A DNA stretch of 64,000 nt, taken from assembly GCA_963805085.1 (NCBI GenBank), contig CAWDTA010000005.1:192001-256000 (forward strand), given 5' to 3'. Positions 1 through 9,380 of the stretch are shown piece after piece. A model generated the notes under the pieces. That model was not told where the DNA came from and did not search any database. It saw only the letters and a list, made by a program, of their open reading frames with translations. The position numbers and the translations under genes are program-made. This DNA comes from an uncultured Veillonellaceae bacterium (GTDB taxonomy: Bacteria > Bacillota > Negativicutes > JARBTT01). Positions within the stretch are counted from its first letter, which is position 1; each line of letters begins with the position of its first letter.

Positions 1-5
1 TAAAT

Positions 6-81
6 GGGATTGTAGCGCAGCGGTTAGCGTACCTCGTTGACATCGAGGTGGTCGGAGGTTCGATTCCTCTCAATCCCACCA
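6..81 (+). tRNA. tRNA-Val(GAC)
   Basis: Cloverleaf; anticodon arm CCTCG-TTGACAT-CGAGG, T-loop GGTTCGATTCC, encoded CCA. Confidence 0.97.
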
Positions 82-95
82 TTAAAAGTTAAGTT

Positions 96-164
96 AAGCC
101 TTCCGAATTTTCGGGAGGCTTTTGTAGTATGAGCCTACTTGCAACTTGGGTAAGTAGGCTTTTT
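96..164 (+). terminator. two tandem hairpins with U-tracts after tRNA-Val
   Basis: AAGCCTTCCGA/TCGGGAGGCTT+TTT and AGCCTACTT/AAGTAGGCT+TTTT. Confidence 0.75.
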
Positions 165-203
165 GATATATTAAAATTAATTACTTATAAATACTTAAAA
201 TAG

Positions 204-232
204 TTGAAAAAATACTTATAAGTACTTATAAT
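204..232 (+). promoter_or_regulatory. sigma-A promoter of DeoR-HAD operon overlapped by TACTTA direct repeats
   Basis: TTGAAA-17bp-TATAAT; TACTTA at 182, 192, 213, 223. Confidence 0.7.
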
Positions 233-280
233 AAAACTATGATATGAATTGATAATAAATTGAGTGGAAAGGATGAGTTG

Positions 281-1036
281 ATGTATCAGGAGGAGCGACT
301 TGTAAAAATATTGGAATATTTAAATGAGCATAATTATATGTCCATTCATAGTATTTGTGATTTTCTGCAGGTTTCAAGGGATACTGCTAGGCGAGATATC
401 TTAAAACTTATTGAACAAAAAGCGGCAATACGTACGCATGGTGGAATTAGTTTACCTATTTTAATAAATACCATCCAAGCATATAGACAGCGGTTACAAT
501 CGTATTCAGAAGAAAAAAAGTTGATTGCACAAAAAGCGTTGGAATTTATTCAAGAGTCGGGCCATTATTTTTTCGACGTTTCGACAATCGTACGATTTTT
601 AGCGGAAGAGGTTAATCAAAATATTTGGGTACTTACGCATTCGCTAGATAATATTGAAATACTTTCGGAAAAAGTAGCGGTAAATACAAATTTAATCGGC
701 GGTTGTCTTCATCATAAAAATAGATTTTTTTACAAACCAGGCTGTACAGAGTATTTTACGGATTTGAGAGTTGATATTGCATTTTTAGGTGCAGCAGCGA
801 TTGCGATGGATGGTATCTATTATGTCGACGAAGAAGATGCCTTTATTAAGAAGAATATAGCTAAGAAGGCGGATAAGGTAATTTTATTAGCGGAATATGA
901 TAAGTTTAAATGCTTGAGTTATTATAAGGGGGTAAATTGGCAGCAGATTAATATCCTGATTACGAATAAAAGACCACCCGCTAGCTTTATGGAAGTGATC
1001 GAAGCAAATGATATTCAATACATCATTGTAGAATGA
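281..1036 (+). CDS. DeoR/GlpR-family transcriptional regulator (GlcR-like)
   Basis: N-terminal HTH VSRDTARRDI...RTHGG plus DeoR C-terminal domain; ATG 281 preferred over TTG 260. Confidence 0.9.
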   Translation: MYQEERLVKILEYLNEHNYMSIHSICDFLQVSRDTARRDILKLIEQKAAIRTHGGISLPILINTIQAYRQRLQSYSEEKKLIAQKALEFIQESGHYFFDVSTIVRFLAEEVNQNIWVLTHSLDNIEILSEKVAVNTNLIGGCLHHKNRFFYKPGCTEYFTDLRVDIAFLGAAAIAMDGIYYVDEEDAFIKKNIAKKADKVILLAEYDKFKCLSYYKGVNWQQINILITNKRPPASFMEVIEANDIQYIIVE

Positions 1037-1099
1037 TGTATTGGAGCGTATTTGTTTGTAAATAAAAAACGATTTTAGTCAACAAAGGAGAGTGAAAAT

Positions 1100-1912
1100 A
1101 TGATGAGTAAGTATAAAATGATATGTTTAGATATTGATGGTACTTTATTAAATTCGAGTCACCAAATTTCTGAAACTGTAAAAGAAACTATTAGGTTAGT
1201 GGCCAATAGGAATCACATACCAATTGTACTCGTATCAGCAAGAATGCCGAAAGGAATCAGATTTCTACAGAAAGAGCTGGATATTACAGCGCCTATCATC
1301 TGTTATAGTGGTGCTTTGATTTTAGATGAAAAAGGAAGCCCATTAGGAGCAGAACGTATCGATATTGCTTGCATTGAAAAAATTTATGAGGTAACGAGTC
1401 AATGGAACCTTCATATGAGTTTATATAAGGATGATCAATGGTATGTGGAATCCATTGATGTTTGGGCAAAACAAGAAAGCAAGATAACAAATATTAAGCC
1501 AACGGTGACCAGCTTTGCTACGTTATTTGATCTGTGGAAAAAAGAGGGGAGCGGGCCTAATAAAATCTTATGCATGGCAAAGCCAAAACAAATGCTGCAT
1601 TTAAAAGCAACGTTACAAATAGAAGCCTTGAATATCTATCCGTCGAAACCTACATATCTAGAAATCATGTCTAAAATGGCATCCAAGACTTCAGCCATCC
1701 AAGTGTTGCAAGATAAATTTGGAGTACATCAGTCTGAAATCATTGCCATGGGGGATAATTATAATGATATTGATATGCTAGCCTATGCAGGACTTGGAAT
1801 CGCTATGGGCAATGCGCCTGATGCGGTGAGAAAGCAGGCCAAAGAAACTACCTTAACCAATGACGAAGACGGCGTTGCAGCAGCATTGTTGAAATATGTT
1901 ATATTAGAGTAA
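1100..1912 (+). CDS. Cof-type HAD-IIB phosphatase
   Basis: DIDGTLL motif I and GDNYNDIDML...AMGNA motif; glcR-ywpJ-like pairing. Confidence 0.93.
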   Translation: MMSKYKMICLDIDGTLLNSSHQISETVKETIRLVANRNHIPIVLVSARMPKGIRFLQKELDITAPIICYSGALILDEKGSPLGAERIDIACIEKIYEVTSQWNLHMSLYKDDQWYVESIDVWAKQESKITNIKPTVTSFATLFDLWKKEGSGPNKILCMAKPKQMLHLKATLQIEALNIYPSKPTYLEIMSKMASKTSAIQVLQDKFGVHQSEIIAMGDNYNDIDMLAYAGLGIAMGNAPDAVRKQAKETTLTNDEDGVAAALLKYVILE

Positions 1913-1959
1913 TGGCAAAAAATGGCCAATTGCTCTATAATTTATTTCATGGTACAAAA

Positions 1960-2010
1960 AAGAGAGCTTGTTCAGGCGCCTCATCATGAGTGTCCTGAAT
2001 AAGCCCTCTT
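1960..2010. terminator. hairpin between convergent genes
   Basis: AAGAGAGCTTGTTCAGG / CCTGAATAAGCCCTCTT inverted repeat. Confidence 0.7.
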
Positions 2011-2046
2011 AGAAGTTGTTAAGTATTATTATTTAGCGGGAAGTGC

Positions 2047-2643
2047 TTATTTGAAAATTTTCACACGTTCATCAATCGAAATTTTTTCCTTTGCTGCTGG
2101 TTGTTCAAGTGGATTACCAAATGGCATTTGAGCAATTAACTTCCAAGAGTCTGGAATATTAAAAACAGCTTTTACTTCGTTATCAATAATTGGGTTATAA
2201 TGCTGTAAGTTAACGCCTAGACCCAAATCGGATAATGCTGTCCAGATCGCAAATTGCAACATCCCATTGGATTGGTTTGCCCAGATAGGGAAATTTTCAC
2301 TGTAGCTTGGAAACTTTTCAGCAAATTCATCGGTTACCGCTGTATCATCAAAATATAAAACGGTGCCATAACCCGCTGCAAACCCATTTACTTTTGCTTC
2401 TGTCGTTGGGAAGTTTTCAGGGGGAACAAGTTTACGAAGTGTTTCCATAACGATATTCCAAACCTTATCATGGTGCTTACTAAACAAGACAACAACACGG
2501 GCACTTTGATTGTTAAATGATGATGGAACCTCCCGGGTTAAGTGTTCGATTGTACTGATTATCGTTTCTGGTGCTACCGTAACATTGCTATCAATATTAT
2601 AAATAGTACGTCTGTTCAATATAGCTTCTGCGAAATTTCTCAT
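2047..2643 (-). CDS. nitroreductase-family protein (Frm2/Hbn1-like)
   Basis: RRTIY, PSSFNNQS, LQHYNP, AQMPFG motifs. Confidence 0.9.
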   Translation of the reverse strand: MRNFAEAILNRRTIYNIDSNVTVAPETIISTIEHLTREVPSSFNNQSARVVVLFSKHHDKVWNIVMETLRKLVPPENFPTTEAKVNGFAAGYGTVLYFDDTAVTDEFAEKFPSYSENFPIWANQSNGMLQFAIWTALSDLGLGVNLQHYNPIIDNEVKAVFNIPDSWKLIAQMPFGNPLEQPAAKEKISIDERVKIFK

Positions 2644-2691
2644 TATTTTTCATACTCCTTTTTATTATGATCTATTCAGTGATCAATTGTA

Positions 2692-3147
2692 TTATTTCAG
2701 GAAACCTAACTTGGCATCTAAGCTAAATTTACCTGGGCCAATCGCGATTGCAGCTAAGAATGAAGCGCCATCCTCTAGCGATTGGGAGGCTTTTGGGAGT
2801 CCTTTCTCTGCGAGCATTTGCGTTAAAAAAGCAACCATCATATTGCTGAATAATAAAAAGCTAGCGATACGATAAAACAAACCCAATACAAAACAAATAC
2901 CACCAACAAATTCAGATATTGCGGACAAAAAGCCAAACATTGCCGGAGCGAAGGTGATGCCTACGACACTTAAAGATTTTCCTAAGCCCGTCCAAACCTC
3001 TACACCGCCCATGATTTTAGGAAAGCCATGCCAAATAAACATGCCACCTAAGATTATGCGGAAGATCAAAAGAGCGTAGTCTTTTTTTTCATAGAGAAAT
3101 AAATTTAAATTTTTAACAATATATTGCACAATATGGTCTCCTTTCAT
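2692..3147 (-). CDS. DoxX-family membrane protein
   Basis: RIILGGMFIWHGFPK, EFVGG, GPGKFSLD; likely true start GTG 3129 after AAGGAG. Confidence 0.9.
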   Translation of the reverse strand: MKGDHIVQYIVKNLNLFLYEKKDYALLIFRIILGGMFIWHGFPKIMGGVEVWTGLGKSLSVVGITFAPAMFGFLSAISEFVGGICFVLGLFYRIASFLLFSNMMVAFLTQMLAEKGLPKASQSLEDGASFLAAIAIGPGKFSLDAKLGFLK

Positions 3148-3301
3148 TAGTGAGAATGCGGTGGAAAAAGTAGTATTATTATTATATTTTACAGGAAAAA
3201 TATTACTTTGCTTAGTAAAATGTTAACATTGTAATATTTATATAGCAAGTAGGCACTTATTTGTTGTATAGTATAAAAGAGGATACCAACTTAGGAGAAA
3301 A

Positions 3302-3703
3302 ATGATGAATAAAATTGAAAAAATTAATGATTCTGACCAGTGTAGTGATGCCCATGAACATGCTATTTGCCCGATGGTATTAGTGCAACGAATTTTATCA
3401 GGCAAGAGGAAAATTTTAATTTTATGGTATTTGAGTCATCAAGTGCTTAGATTTAGCGAATTGAAACGAGATTTGCCAGATGTTACGCAAAAAATGCTCA
3501 CTTTACAACTCAGAAGTTTGGAAGAAGATAAGTTGATTTATCGAAAAGTTTATCCAGTCATTCCTCCAAAGGTAGAATATGGTTTAACGGAGGCTGGAAA
3601 AAAAATCATTCCGATTCTGGAAATGATGCATCAATTTGGTGCGAAATATTTGCAGGCTGGATTATATGAAAAAGACAGGAAAATAGATGGAACAAGGAAA
3701 TGA
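3302..3703 (+). CDS. HxlR/DUF24 winged-helix regulator
   Basis: CP motif, RFSELKR, QKMLTLQLRSLE, PPKVEYGLT; divergent from doxX-nitroreductase. Confidence 0.92.
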   Translation: MMNKIEKINDSDQCSDAHEHAICPMVLVQRILSGKRKILILWYLSHQVLRFSELKRDLPDVTQKMLTLQLRSLEEDKLIYRKVYPVIPPKVEYGLTEAGKKIIPILEMMHQFGAKYLQAGLYEKDRKIDGTRK

Positions 3704-3809
3704 TGAAATATGAAAGTTATCTGTTTTTAAATATACCATATAAAAGAAAGATACGTTTTTTGTATGTATGATTTTATGGGGTATATTTTTTTTTGCGTAA
3801 GTTTATTTT

Positions 3810-3842
3810 AGTCATGGTTTTGTCATATAGTTCATGTAATAT
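3810..3842 (+). promoter_or_regulatory. OmpR/PhoB-type direct repeat plus -10
   Basis: AGTCAT-N5-TGTCAT-N10-TAATAT. Confidence 0.6.
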
Positions 3843-3910
3843 GAATCTATAATATAAATTTAGAAAGGATTATATTATAAGAGCATTAAAATATGAAGGT
3901 GGAGTATGTT

Positions 3911-4252
3911 ATGAAAAATTTAACTAAGAAAATAATGATATTTTCAATGGTAGGTATGATGCAAGTTGGGTTTGGCGCAGCCATATCGGAAGCCTCTCCG
4001 TTACATACTGAAGATTCGCATAGATTTATACAGTTTGATGATAGGCATGATGACGACCATTGGCGGCAACATGAGCACGATGAACGGTTACGTAAAGAAA
4101 ATGAACGATATCGGCACGAAATGGAGAGACGTCATCATGAGAGTAGATGGGCGTGGCACGAAAGACAGGAAAGAGAAAGACAACAACATGAAGATAACTT
4201 GCGTGAAATTGGAGCTCTATTAATTGGTATCGCAATTGGATCGCAGTCATAA
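3911..4252 (+). CDS. small secreted His/Glu/Arg-rich hypothetical protein
   Basis: GGTGGAG RBS before ATG 3911; signal peptide ending ISEA-S; charged His-rich core; hydrophobic Gly-rich C-tail. Confidence 0.8.
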   Translation: MKNLTKKIMIFSMVGMMQVGFGAAISEASPLHTEDSHRFIQFDDRHDDDHWRQHEHDERLRKENERYRHEMERRHHESRWAWHERQERERQQHEDNLREIGALLIGIAIGSQS

Positions 4253-4312
4253 AATATTGGCTAGAAATGCGATGGAAAATCTATAGAATACTATGAGAAT
4301 AAAGAAATGACG

Positions 4313-4350
4313 AAAGGTGCCTATCTCAAAATTTTGAGATAGGCACCTTT
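4313..4350. repeat. perfect 38-bp palindrome (probable bidirectional terminator)
   Basis: AAAGGTGCCTATCTCAAAA|TTTTGAGATAGGCACCTTT. Confidence 0.9.
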
Positions 4351-4477
4351 TACGTTATACCCTATTGGGTATGTGTGGTAGCGATTTTCTTTTTTTTATG
4401 GTAAACTTTAGTTGTAATATTTGGTTGTTTTTTACTATACTTAATTTATTCTAAATTATACTATAAGGACTGATACA

Positions 4478-5308
4478 ATGAAAGATCTTGGAATAGTAGG
4501 CTATCCAATCGGATACTCTATGTCACCACGTATGCAAAATGCAGCACTTAAAGCTTTAAGATTAGACTATACCTATATTGCGATGGCAGTAAAACCAGAG
4601 GATGTAAAAACGATTGTTATTGATTTAAAAGCGATGAAGTTTAGAGGATTTAATGTAACAATTCCACATAAAATCGCTATTATGAACTATCTTGATGAAA
4701 TCGATCAAAGTGCGAAAGTGATTGGTGCTGTAAATACTGTTGTTAATGATAATGGAAGAATGATAGGTTACAATACTGATTATCTAGGATTTGTAGCCCC
4801 TCTTAAAGAGATGAATTTCTCAATGGGAGATAAAAATGCAGTTGTACTAGGTGCGGGTGGTGCTGCAAGAGCGGTTCTTTGGGGGCTAATCAGTGAAAAA
4901 GTCAGCAATATAACCGTTGTAGGTCGAAATGTGGAGAAGCTTAATATTCTACGTGATCAGTTCAAGGAATATTTTGAAATTGAAATCATTGAGTGGAATG
5001 ATAATAAATATGCAGAGCGAAGCAAAACTGCAGATATTATCGTGAATGCTACGCCAATCGGTATGTATCCAAAGATTGATGCTTGTCCGCCAATAGATTG
5101 GACCTGCGTAAATAAAAATGCTTTAGTTTACGATTTGATTTATAATCCAAAATGTACGAAGTTTTTGGATCTGGCTGAACAAAACGGCAATCGAATTTTA
5201 AACGGTGAGAGCATGTTGGTAGAGCAAGGTGCTGTAGCATTTAAAATGTGGACTTCATATGATGCACCAATACAAGTGATGCATCATGCATTGGTAGATG
5301 TAAAATAA
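4478..5308 (+). CDS. aroE: shikimate dehydrogenase
   Basis: SMSP, GFNVTIPHK, GAVNT, GYNTD, GAGGAARA, DLIYNP, MLVEQG. Confidence 0.93.
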   Translation: MKDLGIVGYPIGYSMSPRMQNAALKALRLDYTYIAMAVKPEDVKTIVIDLKAMKFRGFNVTIPHKIAIMNYLDEIDQSAKVIGAVNTVVNDNGRMIGYNTDYLGFVAPLKEMNFSMGDKNAVVLGAGGAARAVLWGLISEKVSNITVVGRNVEKLNILRDQFKEYFEIEIIEWNDNKYAERSKTADIIVNATPIGMYPKIDACPPIDWTCVNKNALVYDLIYNPKCTKFLDLAEQNGNRILNGESMLVEQGAVAFKMWTSYDAPIQVMHHALVDVK

Positions 5309-5413
5309 GTGAAAAATATGGTGAAACGATGGTAGTTTGCAGGAAGATTAATGCTTTTATCGTAAGTAATGATTTAAAAATATTTTGCAAATATAAAGAT
5401 AGAGGGTGAAATA

Positions 5414-6043
5414 ATGGTTGGAATTCAACATTTTGAAGTATTTTTTCTAGCATGTGTAATATTAATCCTAACACCTGGGACGGATACAATTTATATTCTT
5501 AGTCGAAGTGCCTGGGGAAAAAAAACTGGAGTTTACTCCGTTTTAGGAACTAGTTCGGGAATTATTACTCATACAATTTTGGCAGCACTAGGTTTATCGG
5601 TTATTTTAGCAAAATCTGCAATGGCATTTATGATCGTCAAAGTTATTGGTGCCGTTTATTTAGTTTATCTAGGGGTAACAACGTTAATTTCTAAGGATAA
5701 GAAATTAATGTGCGTAGAAAAAAGCACTGCGCATTCTTCAAAAGAAACTTTCCTTCATGGATTTTTAAACAATCTTTTAAATCCTAAAGTAGCATTATTT
5801 TTCATTTCATTTTTGCCGCAGTTTATTGATTCAACGAATGCATATGGAATTTTTCCATTTATTATTCTAGGTATGACATTTTATATGATGAGTTTAATTT
5901 GGAGCTTTGTACTCGTTTTTATTTCAGCTTGGGTAACCGAGTATTTGAAAAAAGATATTACATCTTCTAAAATGATAAATAAATTGTGTGGAATATTATA
6001 TATAGGGTTTGGGTTAAAACTCCTGACTGCAGATAATAAATAA
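5414..6043 (+). CDS. LysE/RhtB-family exporter
   Basis: LTPGTD, GAVYLVYLG, NLLNPKVALFF...PQF. Confidence 0.92.
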   Translation: MVGIQHFEVFFLACVILILTPGTDTIYILSRSAWGKKTGVYSVLGTSSGIITHTILAALGLSVILAKSAMAFMIVKVIGAVYLVYLGVTTLISKDKKLMCVEKSTAHSSKETFLHGFLNNLLNPKVALFFISFLPQFIDSTNAYGIFPFIILGMTFYMMSLIWSFVLVFISAWVTEYLKKDITSSKMINKLCGILYIGFGLKLLTADNK

Positions 6044-6087
6044 TACTAGTTTTTACGAAATGGTATTAAAAATTAGCCTTATATAGT

Positions 6088-6132
6088 AAAAAGCTGTTAC
6101 CGATACAAAACAAGTATTGGTAACAGCTTTTT
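6088..6132. terminator. bidirectional terminator
   Basis: AAAAAGCTGTTACC / GGTAACAGCTTTTT between convergent genes. Confidence 0.8.
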
Positions 6133-6212
6133 ATTATCGCAACAAAATTAAGTTATTACATTGTAAATTTTGTATATTCATAGCAATTGTTTTTATCAAT
6201 ACGCTAAATATC

Positions 6213-7517
6213 TTACTTAATTGATTCCATAAATGCTAAGTACTGTTCCTTCGTCATTGTTGGCTGGTAGTTTTCTAGTATTTGCTCGGTTTGATTTGCA
6301 TCGTCATAGAGTAAATCGATGATGGTCATCGCCATACATTCTGCGGAGATGAGATAGGCCATTTCTGGGTCGGAAATTTTAAAATCACGTGTATGTACCG
6401 TACCTGTGACGCCACCCATCCACGGATGAATGATTGGCATTATGTGAGATAGGTCTCCCATGTCAGTGCTACCTGAGTTATGACCAAGATGCAAAGTGGA
6501 GTTTTCGCCTAAAATTTCAATCGCATTTGCTTCAAATAAATCTGTGATTTTATCGTTGTTCACAAGTGGTAAGAAGCCAGGCAGATCATTGATTTCTACC
6601 TCAGCACCGATGGCCATGGCACCACCTTTTAAGGCGCGGTTTACTTTTTCATTGGCATCTAGCATTGCGGTTACTGTTTTTGCTCTAACGTAACTTTCCA
6701 TGCGAATTTCGGCAGGAACCACATTTACTAGGTCGCCGCCTTTGGTGATGATGGGATGGAAACGCACATAATCTTCATCTTTGAAGGTTTCACGTTGAGC
6801 ATTGACAGCAGTGAGGGCAATAAGTGCGGCGTTCAACGCATTGATTCCTTCATGGGGTGCACCAGCAGCATGAGCTTCTTTACCGATGAATTTTATTAGC
6901 TTGCCGACAAAGCCATTGCTTGTACCGCCGATATCAATGAGACGTTTCGTTTCACCACTCATCGAGACATGCATCATCATTGCCATATCGACGTCATCAA
7001 ATGATCCAGTTCGAATAAGTTCTGCTTTGCCGCCAAAATATTTTAATTTACCTTGCTTACGTAAACGGTTGCGATATTCTAATTCTACATATTCTTCCGC
7101 AGGTACGGCAAAAGGGACAACATTACCATCTAGTTCATTGATTACTCCAGATTCTTTTAAACCAATTGCACACGCAACCATGGCAGCGATTTGTGCATTA
7201 TGCCCACAGGCATGTGCTGCACCAGTCGTCATATCCGCTAATGGATGGTCATGACAAACGATCGCATCTAGCTCGCCGAGAACGGCAATGGTACGGTTGG
7301 ATGACTTACCTTTTAATTTACCTTTTATACCGGTGATTGCATGATTAGCGGTATAGTCGATGTTATGTTTGGCAAAAATATCGGCAACTTTTTGGGCTGT
7401 CTTAAATTCTTTAAAGCCTAGCTCTGGTTCGCTGGCAATAGAATTCGCCAAGGCAAATATTTCATCTTTATGTGCATAAATTGCGTTGTGAATTTTTTGC
7501 TTTAATATTTCTTTCAA
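6213..7517 (-). CDS. M20D amidohydrolase (Acy1L2/AbgB-like)
   Basis: PELGFKE, ELDA, HACGHN, PAEE, AHA, GSTDMGD, H ligands. Confidence 0.9.
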   Translation of the reverse strand: MKEILKQKIHNAIYAHKDEIFALANSIASEPELGFKEFKTAQKVADIFAKHNIDYTANHAITGIKGKLKGKSSNRTIAVLGELDAIVCHDHPLADMTTGAAHACGHNAQIAAMVACAIGLKESGVINELDGNVVPFAVPAEEYVELEYRNRLRKQGKLKYFGGKAELIRTGSFDDVDMAMMMHVSMSGETKRLIDIGGTSNGFVGKLIKFIGKEAHAAGAPHEGINALNAALIALTAVNAQRETFKDEDYVRFHPIITKGGDLVNVVPAEIRMESYVRAKTVTAMLDANEKVNRALKGGAMAIGAEVEINDLPGFLPLVNNDKITDLFEANAIEILGENSTLHLGHNSGSTDMGDLSHIMPIIHPWMGGVTGTVHTRDFKISDPEMAYLISAECMAMTIIDLLYDDANQTEQILENYQPTMTKEQYLAFMESIK

Positions 7518-7731
7518 ATGAACACACTCCTAAATTATAGATTGCTTTATTCAAGCTGGAATAGTTAAAATATTGCATGGTCACAATGTTTTTTAACCTT
7601 GTTTTTATTATAGCAGGATAAAAAAGATTGTGTGTATCATATGATAGTACATATTTGATTTAAAATGGCGGAAAATGTCGATTATTGTTATATTAATAGA
7701 ACAATACGTTGTTTTTTAATGAAATTATTCT

Positions 7732-7760
7732 TTGACAGTGTAAAAACAATATTATATACT
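7732..7760 (+). promoter_or_regulatory. sigma-A promoter
   Basis: TTGACA-17bp-TATACT. Confidence 0.8.
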
Positions 7761-7919
7761 TTAATAATCATTACTAATACAATTGTTTTTTTGTAAAAGA
7801 ATTAAAAGCAAGGATTAAAAAAAACTTGGTATAAGTGTAATGAGTTAGACAGTGAAGTCTTCGTCATGCGTAACGTGCGAGGACTTTTTGTATTTTTATA
7901 GTAAGGAGAGAAAATGTAA

Positions 7920-8732
7920 ATGAGTTTATTGACGAATTGGAAAATCCATGTAATTGCGCTTGTTTTAGTAATCATTTCAGAAATGATTGGGATGAAGAAA
8001 ATACCAGTAGGACCAGGTGTGCTATTATTTTTACCAATGCTTTATGCTATGATCCTTGGTGGTTTTATTAGTTGGCCTAAGATGAAGGTGATTACGACTG
8101 GTCAGATGAAACATGCTACAGCCGTGCTTAGTTTATTAACGCTATTATTAGTAACAAAATTAGGCGTGGTCATTGGACCATCACTAGCAAAGCTTGCTGA
8201 AGCTGGGTTTGCATTATCAATTCAAGAATTGGGACATTTCTTTGGGACTGTTGTTCTTGGCTTGCCAATTGCAATTGCTTTAGGCTTGGGACGTGAATCT
8301 GTTGGGGCGACTTTTTCGATTGATCGGGAACCCAATATTGCAATTATCGCCGAAAAATATGGCCTTGATTCTGCGGAAGGCCGTGGGGTTATGGCAGTTT
8401 ATATTTGTGGTACTGTATTTGGTGCGATTTGGGTAGGTCTTATCGCTGGTTTCTTGGCAGCACTCCAAATTTTCCATCCTTATGCATTGGCAATGGGGTC
8501 TGGTGTTGGTTCTGGTAGTATGATGGCAGCGGCCACTGGTGCTATTGTTGCAGTATTTCCCGATCGTAAAGATGAAATTTTAATGTATGCGGGGGCAAGT
8601 AACTTACTTACAACGATGGTTGGTATTTATTTCTGTTTGTTTGTTTCTTTGCCGATTACAAATTATTTATATAAAGTACTTACACCAATACTTGCTCCTA
8701 AAAGAGTGAGAGATGGAGGTATTAGCAAATGA
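7920..8732 (+). CDS. DUF3100-family membrane protein (putative transporter subunit)
   Basis: Polytopic; QELGH, GATFSIDREP, ALAMGSGVGSGSMMAA. Confidence 0.8.
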   Translation: MSLLTNWKIHVIALVLVIISEMIGMKKIPVGPGVLLFLPMLYAMILGGFISWPKMKVITTGQMKHATAVLSLLTLLLVTKLGVVIGPSLAKLAEAGFALSIQELGHFFGTVVLGLPIAIALGLGRESVGATFSIDREPNIAIIAEKYGLDSAEGRGVMAVYICGTVFGAIWVGLIAGFLAALQIFHPYALAMGSGVGSGSMMAAATGAIVAVFPDRKDEILMYAGASNLLTTMVGIYFCLFVSLPITNYLYKVLTPILAPKRVRDGGISK

Positions 8733-9175
8733 ATTGGATAGAAACTATCGCCGTATTTGTTGTTGCAGGAATCTTGGCCATTGCAGCAGCAATTGTTGGT
8801 TTTAAAATTGCTGTTACAGAGGCTATCATTGGTAGTGCAATTTTAGTTTTGATTACGTTAGTTGGTATTTTAGTGGCGCGCATTATGCCAGGAAATTTGC
8901 CGATGGTGTTCTGGGTGTCGATTGTTGCGATATTATCCACTACTTCGATTTCACCTTTTGCTGCGACGGTTACGCAATATACAGCAAAAATTGATTTCTT
9001 GGCAATTTGTACTGTGGTCTTAGCTTACGCGGGGTTAACCGTAGGTAAGGATTTGGCCATGTTTAAAAAAATGTCGTGGCGAATTATCGTTGTTGCACTA
9101 GCCGTTTATACGGGTACATTCCTCTGTGCGACATTAGTTGCAGAAATTATGCTTCATTTAGAAGGTATTATTTAA
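8729..9175 (+). CDS. small membrane protein, partner of DUF3100 protein
   Basis: ATGA overlap with upstream gene; about 5 TM segments; LAYAGLTVGKDL. Confidence 0.8.
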   Translation: MNWIETIAVFVVAGILAIAAAIVGFKIAVTEAIIGSAILVLITLVGILVARIMPGNLPMVFWVSIVAILSTTSISPFAATVTQYTAKIDFLAICTVVLAYAGLTVGKDLAMFKKMSWRIIVVALAVYTGTFLCATLVAEIMLHLEGII

Positions 9176-9197
9176 ATCTCAATAAAAATATAGTTCG

Positions 9198-9249
9198 AAA
9201 AAGCAGTAAGGCATCGTTATGGAAAATGATGGTGCCTTACTGCTTTTTT
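9198..9249 (+). terminator. intrinsic terminator
   Basis: AAAAAGCAGTAAGGCATC / GGTGCCTTACTGCTTTTTT. Confidence 0.85.
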
Positions 9250-9281
9250 GTATAAGTTTTTATTGCTAGGCACATATTAAT

Positions 9282-9335
9282 TTAACAATTCCTTAACATT
9301 GTCTTAACACTAAAACACTGATCCTGCGGTAGAAT
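9282..9335 (+). promoter_or_regulatory. Pho box (PhoP-type) and -10 of pstS
   Basis: TTAACA at 9282, 9293, 9304 (11-bp period), matching B. subtilis TT(A/T/C)ACA; TAGAAT at 9330. Confidence 0.8.
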
Positions 9336-9380
9336 GAAAGACATAGAAAAGATTTAAATATTTTAGGAGGTTCATAAAGA

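Noticed and set aside
6-9175. Possible genomic island integrated at tRNA-Val
   Set aside because: No integrase, no duplicated tRNA 3' end seen, and no phage or plasmid genes.
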